Positions 1-11,201 of a stretch of 64,000 bases of DNA are shown here, piece after piece. The position numbers and the translations under genes are program-made. This stretch comes from an uncultured Gemmatimonadaceae bacterium (GTDB lineage Bacteria > Gemmatimonadota > Gemmatimonadetes > Gemmatimonadales > Gemmatimonadaceae). The stretch spans positions 1-64,000 of the forward strand of contig CAVVTZ010000012.1 in NCBI GenBank assembly GCA_963751275.1. The letters are read 5' to 3'. The notes beneath the pieces are model-generated. The model made no database searches, was not told where the DNA came from, and worked only from the letters and a program-made list of their open reading frames with translations. Numbering within the stretch: the stretch's first letter is position 1; each line of letters opens with the position of its first letter.

Positions 1-147
1 AATTCAAAATTATTTATACCATTTCCACGTGAATTGTTCAAGCTTATCCGGCTGCAAATTAGACGGTCCGGACCGCCAACCGTCGGAAATTTCGCTGACA
101 TAGGGAGAATGTATAATCTTGAATGAGTTGAACGAGTCTATCGAGCA

Positions 148-2561
148 ATGGGAACACCAGCTATTGCCGTCTTTGCTTCTTTGCAAAACGCACTGATCAA
201 CGTCCCTCCAAAAATCGAAGCTGCCCTTAATACGTCCAACACTTTGATACAAAATGTCGTTATTCAAATTTCATGGAAAGAAGGAGGACGAGATAAAAAT
301 GCGTATACAGGCGGGACTGGAGTGTCTTGTCGAAAGACCACATCTCCTGTGGGAGCTAGGAAGAATGATTTAGTCCCCATGTTCGATATTGATCCTGCAT
401 TCGCTGCGATTCTTGGACTTCGAGAGGGTACACGAGTACAATTGACGGTGCATCATGATGTTGCTGTAGCGGATACTATCCTTGTGGAACCTTTAACAGC
501 AAATGATTGGGAAATTATGGTTTGTCTTCGAAGCATTCCGAGTTGATTGTAGGAACTACATTCCACTTTCCTTGAAATCAATCTTATTTCTCAAATTCGA
601 GCAATTACGACAACACATCCAATCACCATTTATTTATCACATACATCAACAGCAGTTATAAATGTCACTCAAATAGAACCCCCTCTTGCCGACCCAACCC
701 GAAGACCTTTGCTATTCTATCACCTCAGGCTGAAGTCATCGTTGCACCAAAGTTACGACAACCTCAACAAATGGAATCAGAAGGGCCATTCGACTTGACA
801 GGCGCCAAGAATAGTGTTTCATCAACTACTAAGTCTAAGCGATCTCGAAGGAAAGTTATTGATCCTTCGATTATACTTCGAACTATCTGTCTACCTCATC
901 CAATATTCGAGGATGAAGTTGTGGATAATTTGTGTATTTATGTGAATTCGTTCATAAAGACATTGCCCGTGTTTCTCGGGAGGTCTAGCCAAGGTGTCGT
1001 TGCTTCCTTCACCGTCAAAAGTACTGGTCGTTCAAGATAAGGAGAAAGATGATGCCACTACAAATGATGCCGAATTCACGAATGCCAAGCAAATCGTTGT
1101 CAAAGTTCAAGTCTGGGAAGAGGCCCCCGAAGATCATGTTGGTTTAAGTCCACGACTAGCGACGACTCTAGGAAGTCATCGACTTGGGAATCTTTTAAGG
1201 TATCAATTCTATGGTAAGTGCTAATCCTAGAATCGTTCCACCAGGGTCTCCACTAAAAAAAGCTCCCACAAAACTAAAATACCATCCCTTCTCCAATGGA
1301 ATTCGGTCAGATAAGTCGAACGCTATAAAAATTGGTGGAGATAAAGCAAGACGAAAGGAGGATGTAAACGCAAAAGATAAAGAGACTTCAGCTGCTCTTC
1401 ATCAATCCCTCAAACACATCTTCGATAGCCCTATAACTGAAGGAATGCTGGTTGCCCAAGGAAATTCCAAACAAGCTGGAATTATCTCCTTTTCGGGACA
1501 CACAGAAGATTGGTTTCAGCCTCGAACTCCAGAAGTTTTCACAATATCCCTCGGCCGAGAAATTACAGACTCTTCGCCTGTAACATCATCACCCCTCTCG
1601 CCATCCCGTAAAATCGTTTCTATCGATAAACTTCTCGATAAAGCCGAAAAGACACTCCGACGGAACGGTAGCGTCCTTGTTTGTGGTGGTCGAGGTGCAG
1701 GCAAATCCGCTGCATTAAATGAGCTCTCCAATCGTATGAACGTTCATCTCCTTCGTAGTTCCGAAAACCCGACCCTAACTAATTATTAGGTACTGTTCAT
1801 GCTCCATGTGGTCAAATAGCAGATAGTTCGCTCTCGACAATCAAAGACACCCTACACAAATGGTTTGTAGAAGCTGCTTTCCATGCACCAAGTCTTTTAA
1901 TCCTAGACGATCTAGAACGTCTGGTTCCTGCAGAATTAGAACACGCAGACTCCACACGATCTCGCCAAATTGCAGAAATTTTTCTACATATCGCAAAACC
2001 TGCATTGTACAGGCAGCCAATTATGCTTCTTGCTTCAGCGCCATCAGTTGAAAGTCTTCATTCTGTCTTGACAAATGGATTTATTTTTCGAGAAACGATT
2101 ATATTGAAGGGCCCTGATAAAGAAGCTAGACGAATTATATTGGAGACCGCGATGGAAGAGATGGACGACTTGCGTGTTGCGGAGGAGTTTGATGGGTTGG
2201 AAATCGCCCAGGGAATGACAGATGGGTATTTGCCGGGTGATTTACATGCTTTGATTGAACGAGCGAGACAAGAGGCCATTGTGAGATGCATGTCAAATCC
2301 CGAAGTTGACGACATGAATACTAACGCGGCGGTGTCTACGGAGGACTTTGAGAGTGCTGTGAAGGGATATGTGCCAGCCAGTCTGCGAGGTGTAAAGCTT
2401 CAAAAGTCGACTGTCGATTGGAATGATATCGGAGGTAACCACGGAATAATATCGATCTGATAATAGGCCTTGATGCAACTCGAAAAGTCCTTCTGGAAAC
2501 ACTTGAATGGCCAATCAAATACGCACCCGATTTTTCAACACAGTAAACTTCGTCTTCGATC
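148..2561 (+). CDS. PEX1: Fungal peroxin-1 (PEX1) AAA-ATPase, spliced, 3'-truncated at the junction; a few indels
   Basis: Splicing restores EPLTANDWEIM|ELHSTFLEINLISQIRA (PEX1 N-domain), D1 Walker A GGRGAGKS, Walker B ILDDLE, YVPASLRGVKL and WNDIGG|LDATRKVLLETLEWP..LRLRS (start of D2). AT-rich composition. Confidence 0.9.
520..552 (+). other. Spliceosomal intron 1 (33 nt)
   Basis: GTTTGT...TTGATTGTAG; removal joins WEIM to ELHSTFLE and removes an in-frame stop. Confidence 0.85.
1200..1230 (+). other. Spliceosomal intron 2 (31 nt)
   Basis: GTATCA...GCTAATCCTAG with branch-like CTAAT; joins LLR to IVPPGSP. Confidence 0.8.
1755..1789 (+). other. Spliceosomal intron 3 (35 nt)
   Basis: GTAGTT...CCTAACTAATTATTAG with branch CTAAC; restores the frame into the Walker B region. 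Confidence 0.85.
2435..2466 (+). other. Spliceosomal intron 4 (32 nt)
   Basis: GTAACC...CTGATAATAG; joins WNDIG-G to LDATRKVLLETLEWP. Confidence 0.85.
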
Positions 2562-2939
2562 ACCGGCCGTCCGCGCCGCTGCGGCTGGTTCGACGCCGTG
2601 GTCGTGCGCTACGCCGCGCGGGTGAACGGACTCACCGGCCTCGCCGTCACCAAGCTCGACGTGCTCGACACGCTCGACAAGCTCGGTGTGTGCACCGCGT
2701 ACGAAGTGAAGGGCGAGCGCTTCGAGGAATTCCCCGGCGACCTCATGATGCTCGAGGGGGCGAAGCCGGTGTACGAATGGTTCGACGGGTGGAAGACGTC
2801 CACCGCGGGCGCGCGGAAGATGGCCGACCTGCCGCCGGCGGCGCGGAAGTATCTGGATCGCATCCGCGAGCTCGCGGCCACGCCGATCAGCTACGTGAGC
2901 GTGGGCACGCGGCGTGACCAGATCATCGGCGCGGCGTGA
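2562..2939 (+). CDS. purA: Adenylosuccinate synthetase, 3' fragment (5' part lost at junction)
   Basis: TGRPRRCGWFD, LAVTKLDVLD, SVGTRRDQ motifs. Confidence 0.95.
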   Translation, partial: TGRPRRCGWFDAVVVRYAARVNGLTGLAVTKLDVLDTLDKLGVCTAYEVKGERFEEFPGDLMMLEGAKPVYEWFDGWKTSTAGARKMADLPPAARKYLDRIRELAATPISYVSVGTRRDQIIGAA

Positions 2940-3916
2940 TGATCGACGTCGCCATCGTGGGCGCCGGGCCGTGCGGCCTCGCGGCGGCGATCGCGGCGCA
3001 GCGCGCGGGGCTGCGCGCCGTGGTCTTCGATCGCTCGTGCATCGTGAGCGGCATCTACGGCTATCCCACCGACCTCATCTTCTTCTCGACGCCCGAGAAG
3101 CTCGCGATCGGCGGCGTGCCGTTCGTGTGCGCCACCGACAAGCCGACGCGGCGCAATGCGCTCGCGTACTATCGCGCGGTGGCGGCGCATTTCTCGCTCG
3201 AGCTGCGGCAATACGAGTCCGTCGAAGTCGTGGAGGGGAAGGACGGCGATTTCACGCTGCGGACGCGCATGCTCGGCGGCGCGGCGTGCACGCATCGCGC
3301 GGCGGCAGTGGTGATCGCCACCGGATACTTCGGCCGGCCCAATCTGCTTGGCGTGCCCGGCGAAGACCGGCCGCATGTGACGCATTTCTTCCACGAGGGC
3401 CATCCAGCCTTCGCGCAGGACGTGGTGGTCGTGGGCGGCGCGAACTCGGCGGTGGGCGCGGCGCTCGATCTGTACCATGCGGGCGCGCGCGTCACCATGG
3501 TGCATTTCGGCGCGGGCCTCGACGACAACATCAAGCCGTGGATCCTGCCCGACATCATGGGCCGCCTGAACGAGGGCGCGATCAAGGGCTGCTGGGAGTC
3601 GCGCGTCGCGTCGATCGAGAGCGACCACGTGGTGGTCTCGGGCCCGCGCGGCAGCGAGCGCATCCCGGCGCGCCACGTGTATCTCATGCTCGGCTTCCAG
3701 CCCAATACGGCGCTGCTCGAGCAGCTCGGCGTGCCGCTCGACCGCGAGAGCGGCATCCCGCTGCACGACCCCGCCACAATGGAGACCAGCGTCCCCGGCG
3801 TGTTCATCGCCGGCGTGCTCGCCTCCGGCTGCGCGGCGAACAAGACCTTCATCGAGAACGGCCGTCATCACGGCGATCTCATCGCGGCGCGCCTCGCGCA
3901 CGCGCACTCTCATTAG
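2936..3916 (+). CDS. YpdA-family FAD/NAD(P) disulfide reductase (putative bacillithiol disulfide reductase)
   Basis: GAGPCGL FAD motif, [27 protein letters not shown]. Confidence 0.85.
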   Translation: MMIDVAIVGAGPCGLAAAIAAQRAGLRAVVFDRSCIVSGIYGYPTDLIFFSTPEKLAIGGVPFVCATDKPTRRNALAYYRAVAAHFSLELRQYESVEVVEGKDGDFTLRTRMLGGAACTHRAAAVVIATGYFGRPNLLGVPGEDRPHVTHFFHEGHPAFAQDVVVVGGANSAVGAALDLYHAGARVTMVHFGAGLDDNIKPWILPDIMGRLNEGAIKGCWESRVASIESDHVVVSGPRGSERIPARHVYLMLGFQPNTALLEQLGVPLDRESGIPLHDPATMETSVPGVFIAGVLASGCAANKTFIENGRHHGDLIAARLAHAHSH

Positions 3917-3926
3917 CGGACCACCA

Positions 3927-5279
3927 ATGGCCGAGCCCAAGTATCCCGACGTGATGGAAAAGCTCGTGTCGCTCTGCAAGCGGCGCGGATTCATCTTCCA
4001 GAGTTCCGAGATCTACGGCGGCACGGGGTCCGTATGGGACTACGGCCCGTTGGGCGTCGAACTCAAGAAGAACATCAAGGACCGCTGGTGGAACGCGATG
4101 GTGCGCGCGCGATGACATCGAGGGGCTCGACGCGGCGATCCTGATGAATCCCAAGGTGTGGGAGGCGAGCGGTCACGTGAGCGGCTTCGTCGATCCGCTC
4201 GTCGAGTGCCGCCAGTGCAAGAAGCGTTTCCGCGCCGACGACCCGAAGATCAAGGGGACGCCGGGCGAGCCGGATGCGCAGTGTCCCTCGTGCGGCACGA
4301 AGGGATCGCTCGGCGCGCCGCGGCTGTTCAATCTGATGTTCAAGACGTTCATGGGCCCGGTGGAGGACACCGCGGCAGTGGTGTACCTGCGTCCCGAGAC
4401 GGCACAGGGGATCTACGTGAACTTCCTGAACGTGCAGCAGGCCACGCGGCAAAAGATCCCCTTTGGGATCGCGCAGATCGGCAAGGCGTTCCGCAATGAG
4501 ATCACGCCGGGGAATTTCATCTTCCGCACGCGCGAGTTCGAGCAAATGGAGATGCAGTTCTTCGTCGAGCCGGGCACCGACATGACGTGGTTCGAATTCT
4601 GGAAGGCGGAGCGGATGAAGTGGCACCAGGAACTGGGGCTCGCGCCGGACCGGCTTGCGTTCCACCAGCACGAGAAGCACGAGCTGGCGCACTACGCGCG
4701 TGCGGCGTTCGACGTGCAATTCGACTTCGGCGGCACGCTGGGGTTCCAGGAGATCGAAGGGGTGCACAATCGCGCGACTTCGATCTCACGGCGCACGAGA
4801 ACCTCTCCGGCAAGAAGCTCGAATACTTCGACCAGCCGAACAACCGGCGCTTCACGCCGTTCGTGATGGAGACGTCGGTGGGCGCCGACCGCACGACGCT
4901 CGCCGTGCTCGTGAACGCGTATCGCGAGGAGAAGGTGGAAGGCGAGGACGAAGGCCGCACCGTGCTCGGCATCCATCCGTCGCTCGCGCCGATCAAGGCC
5001 GGGATCTTCCCGCTCGTAAAGAAGGACGGGATGCCGGAGATGGCGGAGAAGCTCGCGAAGGAATTGCGGCCGCACTTCCCGGTGTTCTACGATGAGAGCG
5101 GGGCGATCGGCCGGCGGTATCGCCGGCAGGACGAAGTGGGCACGCCGTGGTGCATCACGGTGGACGGCGATTCGACGAAGGATGGCACCGTCACGATCCG
5201 TGATCGCGACTCGCTGCAACAGGAGCGTGTACCGGCGGACCAGCTGCGCACGATCATCCTGGATCGGCTCACGAAGTGA
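3927..5279 (+). CDS. glyQS: Glycine--tRNA ligase (alpha2 type); indels near 4112 and 4775
   Basis: [43 protein letters not shown], anticodon domain [14 protein letters not shown]. Confidence 0.95.
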
Positions 5280-6799
5280 GCGACGCATCGCTGGACCGCC
5301 TGCGCCGAGATGGCGAGGCGATGAGCGTGGCGTTGTCGCGCGAGTTCTACGAGAGCGGGGCGGGGCTCAAGGCGACGGCGGAGCTGCAGCCGATCTACGC
5401 GAAGTATCCGCGCGTGCTGGGCGACGAGGCACTCGGCGAGGTGCGCGAAGCGTTCGAGGGCGCCGCCAAGGGGAGCGAGGAGCAGCGCGCGGCGCGATTG
5501 CTCCTCGACTGGCAGGTGGACGGGATGGTGTCACGCGAGCTCGCCGCGCTGGACGAGCGCGAGATCGCGTGGGAGTCGAGCGCCACCGTGACGCTGGCCA
5601 ATGGGCGCGTCGTGCCGTACCAGCAGCTCGCGATCGACATCGCCAACACGATGGACCGGAAAGACCGCCTCGCGCTCGACAAGGCGCGCTCGGCGATCGT
5701 CGCGAAGGAGCTCGCGCCGATGCGGCTGGAGCATTTCCAGCGTGAGACCGAACTCACCGCGAAGCTCGGCATCGGAGCGAACTACATCAGCACCTTCGTC
5801 GCGCTATCGGGCGTGGACCTCGCGGCGCTCGCCGCACAGTGCGCGGCCTTCCTGCGCGACACGCAGGCGATGTGGGATGACACCGTGCGCGAGCAGGTGA
5901 AGCGCAAGATCGGGATACAGATCGGCGAGGCCGTGCGTGCCGACGCGCTGGCGCTCATGCGCGCGCCGGAATTCGACGCGTTCTTCCCCGGCGCCGCGCT
6001 TGAGCCCGCGGCCCGGAAGAACATGCAGGAGATGGGCATCGACGCGATGGCCGGCGGCCGAGTGGTGTTCGACACCGGCGACCGGGAAGGGAAGCGCTCG
6101 CGCGCCTTCTGCGCGCCGGTGCGGATCCCCGAGGAGGTGTATCTCGTCATGCGCCCGCACGGCGGGCAGACCGACTACGCGACCTTCATGCACGAGCTGG
6201 GGCACGCGCTGCACTTCGGCTACATGCGCGCGGACTATCCGTTCGAGTACCAATGGCTGGGCGACAACTCGGTGACGGAGAGCTACGCGATGCTCTTCGA
6301 CCACCTGATGCAGAACCCCGGCTGGCTGCTGCGCTACACGGCGCTTTCCAAGAATGACCTCGCGGCCTTCCAACGCGCCGCGGGATTCGAGGAGCTGCAG
6401 TTCCTGCGCCGCTATTGCGGCAAACTGCTTTACGAGATGGAGCTGCACGGCGGCACGCATTCATGGAGCGCGTTGCCCGATCTTTATGTGCAGATCCTGA
6501 GCGGCGCGACGTCATTCCGCTACGATCCCGCCGACGCGTTCGTGGATGTCGATCCGCGATTCTACGCGGCGCGCTACCTGCGCGCCTGGCAGCTGCAGGC
6601 GGTGATCGGCGAGTCGCTCGTGGAACGGTTCAACGAGGATTGGTACCGGAACCCGAAAGCCGGCCCCTGGATCGTGGGGAGCTTGTACGCCGAGGGGCAG
6701 CGGGAGCTGGCGCACGAACTGGCCACACGTGTCGCGGGGCAGGGGCTGTCGTTCGAGACGCTGGCGCGGAAGGTCGAATCGCTGCTGTCGGCGGTCTGA
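5276..6799 (+). CDS. M3-like zinc metallopeptidase
   Basis: HELGHALH motif with downstream TESYA; KRSRAFCAP. Confidence 0.65.
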   Translation: MSDASLDRLRRDGEAMSVALSREFYESGAGLKATAELQPIYAKYPRVLGDEALGEVREAFEGAAKGSEEQRAARLLLDWQVDGMVSRELAALDEREIAWESSATVTLANGRVVPYQQLAIDIANTMDRKDRLALDKARSAIVAKELAPMRLEHFQRETELTAKLGIGANYISTFVALSGVDLAALAAQCAAFLRDTQAMWDDTVREQVKRKIGIQIGEAVRADALALMRAPEFDAFFPGAALEPAARKNMQEMGIDAMAGGRVVFDTGDREGKRSRAFCAPVRIPEEVYLVMRPHGGQTDYATFMHELGHALHFGYMRADYPFEYQWLGDNSVTESYAMLFDHLMQNPGWLLRYTALSKNDLAAFQRAAGFEELQFLRRYCGKLLYEMELHGGTHSWSALPDLYVQILSGATSFRYDPADAFVDVDPRFYAARYLRAWQLQAVIGESLVERFNEDWYRNPKAGPWIVGSLYAEGQRELAHELATRVAGQGLSFETLARKVESLLSAV

Positions 6800-6803
6800 C
6801 GCG

Positions 6804-7142
6804 CTAGGGATTCATCTTGGTCGTATCTGGCTTCGGAGCCATTCCCACCACGCTGTCGAGCGCCGTCTTGTCGCCCTTCTCGTACAGCTGGATGAGCTTC
6901 TCGCACTGCGGATCGCTCTCGGCCCAGCCGACGTCGAAGTGATACGCCTGCGAGCACCACGTGAGCGGTGGGAGACCCTTCGACTCGCGGTCGGCATTCG
7001 TTTGTTGGAGCTGCGCCATGAACTGCTGGCGCTCCGCGTTGGTCTTGTGGACGTTGTAGGAGATGATGCTCCCGACGGCCACGGCGCGGCAGGCGAGCGC
7101 CGGTGCCAGTGCCACGAGGAGCATCGCGCTCTTGATGCGCAT
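6804..7142 (-). CDS. Small hypothetical exported/lipoprotein
   Basis: MRIKSAMLLVALAPALAC signal/lipobox-like start. Confidence 0.55.
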   Translation of the reverse strand: MRIKSAMLLVALAPALACRAVAVGSIISYNVHKTNAERQQFMAQLQQTNADRESKGLPPLTWCSQAYHFDVGWAESDPQCEKLIQLYEKGDKTALDSVVGMAPKPDTTKMNP

Positions 7143-7222
7143 GCGAGGTATCCTCTGCAGATTGGACTGTGATTCCGGGTTAACGACGCACCGCGAGCCA
7201 CTCATTGTCAAGGAAGACGTTC

Positions 7223-8875
7223 ATGCGGAAGCTGTTCACGCTGATGCTCGTGCTGTGCGGCGGGACGCTCGCGGCCCAGGCGCCGGCGCCCCAGACGATC
7301 AAGGGGCTCGGCACGATCACCTTTCCCACGTCCACGAAGAGCGTTGCCGCGCAGACCGCATTCATTCGCGGCGTGCTGCTCCTGCACATCTTCGAATACG
7401 GCGACGCCGCGGCGAGCTTCCGCGAGGCGCAGCGGCTCGATCCCGGCTTCGCGATGGCGTACTGGGGCGAGGCGATGACGTACACGCACCCGGTGTGGAA
7501 CGAGCAGGACACGGCGGCGGCGAAGGCGGTGCTCCTGCGCCTCGGGCCCACCACTGCGCAGCGACAGATGAAGGCCGGTACCAAACGCGAAGCCATGTAT
7601 CTCATGGCGGTGGAGTGGCTTTACGACAAAGGACCCAAGCCGAAGCGCGACACGCTCTACTCCAACGCGATGCACCAGCTCTTGCTCGCGTACCCGAACG
7701 ACGACGAGGCGCGCGCCTTCTACGCGCTGTCGCTCATCGGTCTCAGCCAGGGCGTGCGCAACGTGCCCACATATCTCGCGGCGGGGGCGATGGCGGAGAG
7801 CGTGTTCGCGCGGAATCCGAAGCATCCCGGCGCCGCGCACTACTGGATCCACGCGATGGATGATCCCGAGCACGCGCCCGGCGCACTCACCGCCGCGCGC
7901 GCTCTCTCCGTGACCGCCCCCGACGCGGGGCATTCGCAGCACATGACCACGCATATCTTCGTCGCGATGGGGATGTGGGACGATGTCGTGAGCCAGAACG
8001 AGGCGGCCCTGCGCGTGGTGGACTCGCTGCGGAAGTTGCGCGGCCGGCCGCCCGCCGCGTGCGGCCACTACACGAGCTGGCTGGCGTACGGCTACGGAAT
8101 GCAGGGCCGGCTCGGCGCGTCGCAAAAGGCCGTGCAGGCCTGCCGCACGGCGGCAATGGGCGCAGAGGGCGCGCCGCGCGGCGTGATCGATCCGGACAAC
8201 TCCCTGCGCGCATCGTTCGTGTCGATGTGGTCGCGCCATGTGCTCGACGCGGCGCAGTGGAACAGCGACGCGGCGCGATGGACGATCGATCCGGGCAACG
8301 AGCCGGCCACTCGCATCGACTACGAGTTCACGCGCGGATACATCGCGGCGCAGCGCGGCGACGTCGCGACCGCGCGCGCCGCACTCGCCGCGTATGACAG
8401 CGCGTCGCAGGCGCTCACTGCCGCGCTCCCACCCGGGAGCGGATCCGATCCCGAGACCATCGAGTTCGAGATGGGCGTTCGCGCGATGCGCCTCGAGCTG
8501 CAAGGGCTCATCGCGGTCATGAGCCTCGCGCAGGACTCCGGGATCGCGCTCATCCGCCGCGCCACGATCGTGGAGGACAGCACCGCCGCCGCGTTCGGGC
8601 CGCCCTCCATCGATGAACCATCGTACGAACTCCTCGGTGAGCAGCTGCTCGCCGCCGGCAAGCCGAAGGAGGCGTTGGCCGCCTTTCGCACCGCGCTCAT
8701 GCGTGCGCCGCGCCGCACGCCGGCGCTGCTCGGCCTCGCGCGCTCCGCGAAGGCCGCCGGCGATGATGCGACGGCGAAGCAGACGTATCAGACGCTCGTG
8801 GAGATCTGGCACCTGGCGGATCCGGATCTGCCGGGGCTCGCCGAGGCGCGTGCGGGCGCCGCGGGCGCAAAGTAG
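7223..8875 (+). CDS. Secreted TPR-repeat protein with conserved His-rich motifs
   Basis: Signal peptide; DPGFAMAYWGEAM, HPGAAHYWIH, GHSQHMTTHIF; C-terminal TPR. Confidence 0.75.
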   Translation: MRKLFTLMLVLCGGTLAAQAPAPQTIKGLGTITFPTSTKSVAAQTAFIRGVLLLHIFEYGDAAASFREAQRLDPGFAMAYWGEAMTYTHPVWNEQDTAAAKAVLLRLGPTTAQRQMKAGTKREAMYLMAVEWLYDKGPKPKRDTLYSNAMHQLLLAYPNDDEARAFYALSLIGLSQGVRNVPTYLAAGAMAESVFARNPKHPGAAHYWIHAMDDPEHAPGALTAARALSVTAPDAGHSQHMTTHIFVAMGMWDDVVSQNEAALRVVDSLRKLRGRPPAACGHYTSWLAYGYGMQGRLGASQKAVQACRTAAMGAEGAPRGVIDPDNSLRASFVSMWSRHVLDAAQWNSDAARWTIDPGNEPATRIDYEFTRGYIAAQRGDVATARAALAAYDSASQALTAALPPGSGSDPETIEFEMGVRAMRLELQGLIAVMSLAQDSGIALIRRATIVEDSTAAAFGPPSIDEPSYELLGEQLLAAGKPKEALAAFRTALMRAPRRTPALLGLARSAKAAGDDATAKQTYQTLVEIWHLADPDLPGLAEARAGAAGAK

Positions 8876-8943
8876 ACGCGCACGCCGGTTGCTCGCGCCC
8901 GAGCGCGGTCATAAGTTCGGGCGCGTTCGTCAACGGAGGTCCC

Positions 8944-9330
8944 ATGCGAAGGTTGCTCTTGGTGCCACTCGTTCTCTCCGCCGCGGCGCTCGCACATGCC
9001 GCGCCGGCGCAGCAACCGAAGCCCGTGTCGCCAGTCGTGACGCAACCGGTGAAGCCGGTGCCCATCGCGGCGCCCGTCATGACGGCGAAGCCGGCGGCTC
9101 CGGCGAAGCCCACGACCAGGAAGTACCCGGTTGCGATCACCACCCCGCCGCTGCAGCTCCTGCTCTCCGCCAAGCCTCGCGCGACCGTCGCGTTCACACC
9201 GCGCGCGATCACGACTCCGGCGCTGCAGCTCTCGCTCGTGAAGGCGGGAGCCGCGGGGCCGGTCGCGCCGTTCACGCCGCGCACGATCCGCACCGATTCG
9301 CTCCGGCTCATCATCGCGCCGCATCCTTAG
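8944..9330 (+). CDS. Secreted Pro-rich hypothetical protein
   Basis: GGAGG RBS, signal peptide, three ITTPxLQL-like repeats. Confidence 0.6.
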   Translation: MRRLLLVPLVLSAAALAHAAPAQQPKPVSPVVTQPVKPVPIAAPVMTAKPAAPAKPTTRKYPVAITTPPLQLLLSAKPRATVAFTPRAITTPALQLSLVKAGAAGPVAPFTPRTIRTDSLRLIIAPHP

Positions 9331-9350
9331 ACCACACGCGAGGATCCCAT

Positions 9351-9791
9351 ATGCGTTCGCTCACCGCGCTCCTGCTCATTGCTCTGTTCTCGCTCGCCGC
9401 GCCCGCACAGGGGACGCCCGGAACGCCATCGTTCACGTTCACGGTGCCGGTACACGTCTCGAACATCCCGCCCGAGGTCACGCGGGTCGTGGTGATCTGC
9501 ACCCTGTTCAACCACGCGACCGGCCTCGGCGTCGATACCGTGACGGTGCCGCTCACCGCCGGCAGTTTCTCCGGTAATCTGACCGTGCCCGTCGCGGTGA
9601 GCGGCGTCTCCGGCCGCGCGCCCGATCCGAGCATGGTGGACTATTACGGGTGCGGAATCCAGATGCTGGTCTCGGGCGGATATAATCTCGCGAGCGCCTT
9701 CGTGAATCCGCCCGGCGTGCGCGGCACACTCCGCTGGGATGCCGCGCCCGGCAGCACGATGACGATCATGGTCTCGGGACCGGTGCGATGA
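9351..9791 (+). CDS. Secreted hypothetical beta-rich protein
   Basis: GAGGA RBS, MRSLTALLLIALFSLA signal, stop overlaps next ATG. Confidence 0.65.
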   Translation: MRSLTALLLIALFSLAAPAQGTPGTPSFTFTVPVHVSNIPPEVTRVVVICTLFNHATGLGVDTVTVPLTAGSFSGNLTVPVAVSGVSGRAPDPSMVDYYGCGIQMLVSGGYNLASAFVNPPGVRGTLRWDAAPGSTMTIMVSGPVR

Positions 9792-11201
9792 CGGCTCGCG
9801 TGATCGCGCGCGCTGCGATCCTTCTCTGCCTCCCCATCACCACCACCGTGACCGCACAGACCCCCGATTGGAACGCCGCGCGCGACGAGACGCTGCGGCA
9901 TCTGCAGGCCATGATCCGCATGAACACGTCGAACCCGCCGGGCAACGAGAATGCCGGTGGCGAAGTACCTCGACAGCGTGCTTACGGCGGAGGGGATCGA
10001 GACGCACCGCTTCGAGCCGGCGCCGGGCCGCGGCGCATTCGTCGCGCGGCTCAAGGGGAACGGATCGAAGCAGGCCGTGATCCTCATGGGCCACATGGAT
10101 GTTGTTGGCGTCGAGAAGGCGCACTGGTCGGTGGATCCCTTCGGCGCGGAGATCAAGGATGGATTCCTCTATGGCCGCGGCGCCATCGATGACAAGGGGA
10201 TGCTCGCGGCGAACCTCGAGACGATGCTGCTGCTGAAGCGCACGATCATCGACAAGGGCGGCACGCTCTCGCGCGACGTGATCTTCATTGCGAACTCGGA
10301 CGAAGAGGCCGGTGGCGAGTTCGGCATGGGTTGGCTGATCGCGAACCATCCAGAACTCGTGAAGGCTGAGTTCGCGCTGAACGAGGGCGGCCGCACGCGC
10401 AATGTGAACGGCAAGCCGCTCTACGTGGCGGTGCAGAACACGGAGAAGGTACCGTACGGCGTCACCGTCACCGCGCACGGACCCGGCGGACACGCCGCGA
10501 TCCCGCTCGAAGGGAACGCCATTGCGCGCCTCGGCCGCGCGCTCGCGGCGATCGGTGCGCATCAGGAACCCGTCGTGATGAAGCCGACGACGAAAGTGTT
10601 CTTCGGCGACCTGGGCGCCGTGTGGCCGGACAAGACAGTAGGGAAGGCGATGCTCAATGTCTCGAGCGGCGACGCGAAGCGCATCGCCGCGGGCGCGAAG
10701 GTGCTCTCGACCATCCCGGTGTTCAACGCCGTGATCCGGAACGGCATCTCACCCACGATCGTCTCCGGCGGCATTCGCAGCAACGTGATCCCCACGGAGG
10801 CAACGGCGACGCTCAACATTCGGAATCTCCCCGGCGAGCCGATCGCGCCCGTGATCGCGCGACTCAGAGCCGCCGTGAATGACAGCCTGGTCGACTTCGC
10901 GGTCGTGGACAGCGGCGTGGACACGCCCGCGACAAGCTTCACGACGCCAATGTTCACCGCGATCGCCGACGCGGTGAAGGAGCTTGATCCCAGCATGGTC
11001 ACCGTGCCGTATCTGAGCACGGGCGCCACCGACAGCGCACGCCTCCGCGCGCTCGGCATGCAGGCCTATGGGATCCTGCCGTTCCCGCTCGACCAGCAGG
11101 ATGAGGACCGGATGCACGGCAACGACGAACGCATCCCGCTTACGTCGTTGGCGTTCGGCACCAAACTGATCTACGGCGCCATGGTGCGCGTCACGAGATG
11201 A
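9788..11201 (+). CDS. M20-family metallopeptidase, exported; indel near 9950
   Basis: TSNPPGNE, GHMDVV, YGRGAIDDKG, SDEEAGG, GATDS, MHGNDERI. Confidence 0.9.

Noticed and set aside
1..2939. Horizontal transfer of PEX1 into a bacterium, or a PEX1-purA fusion
   Set aside because: Introns are retained, both genes are cut mid-domain, and there are no mobile-element ends; a chimera is far more likely
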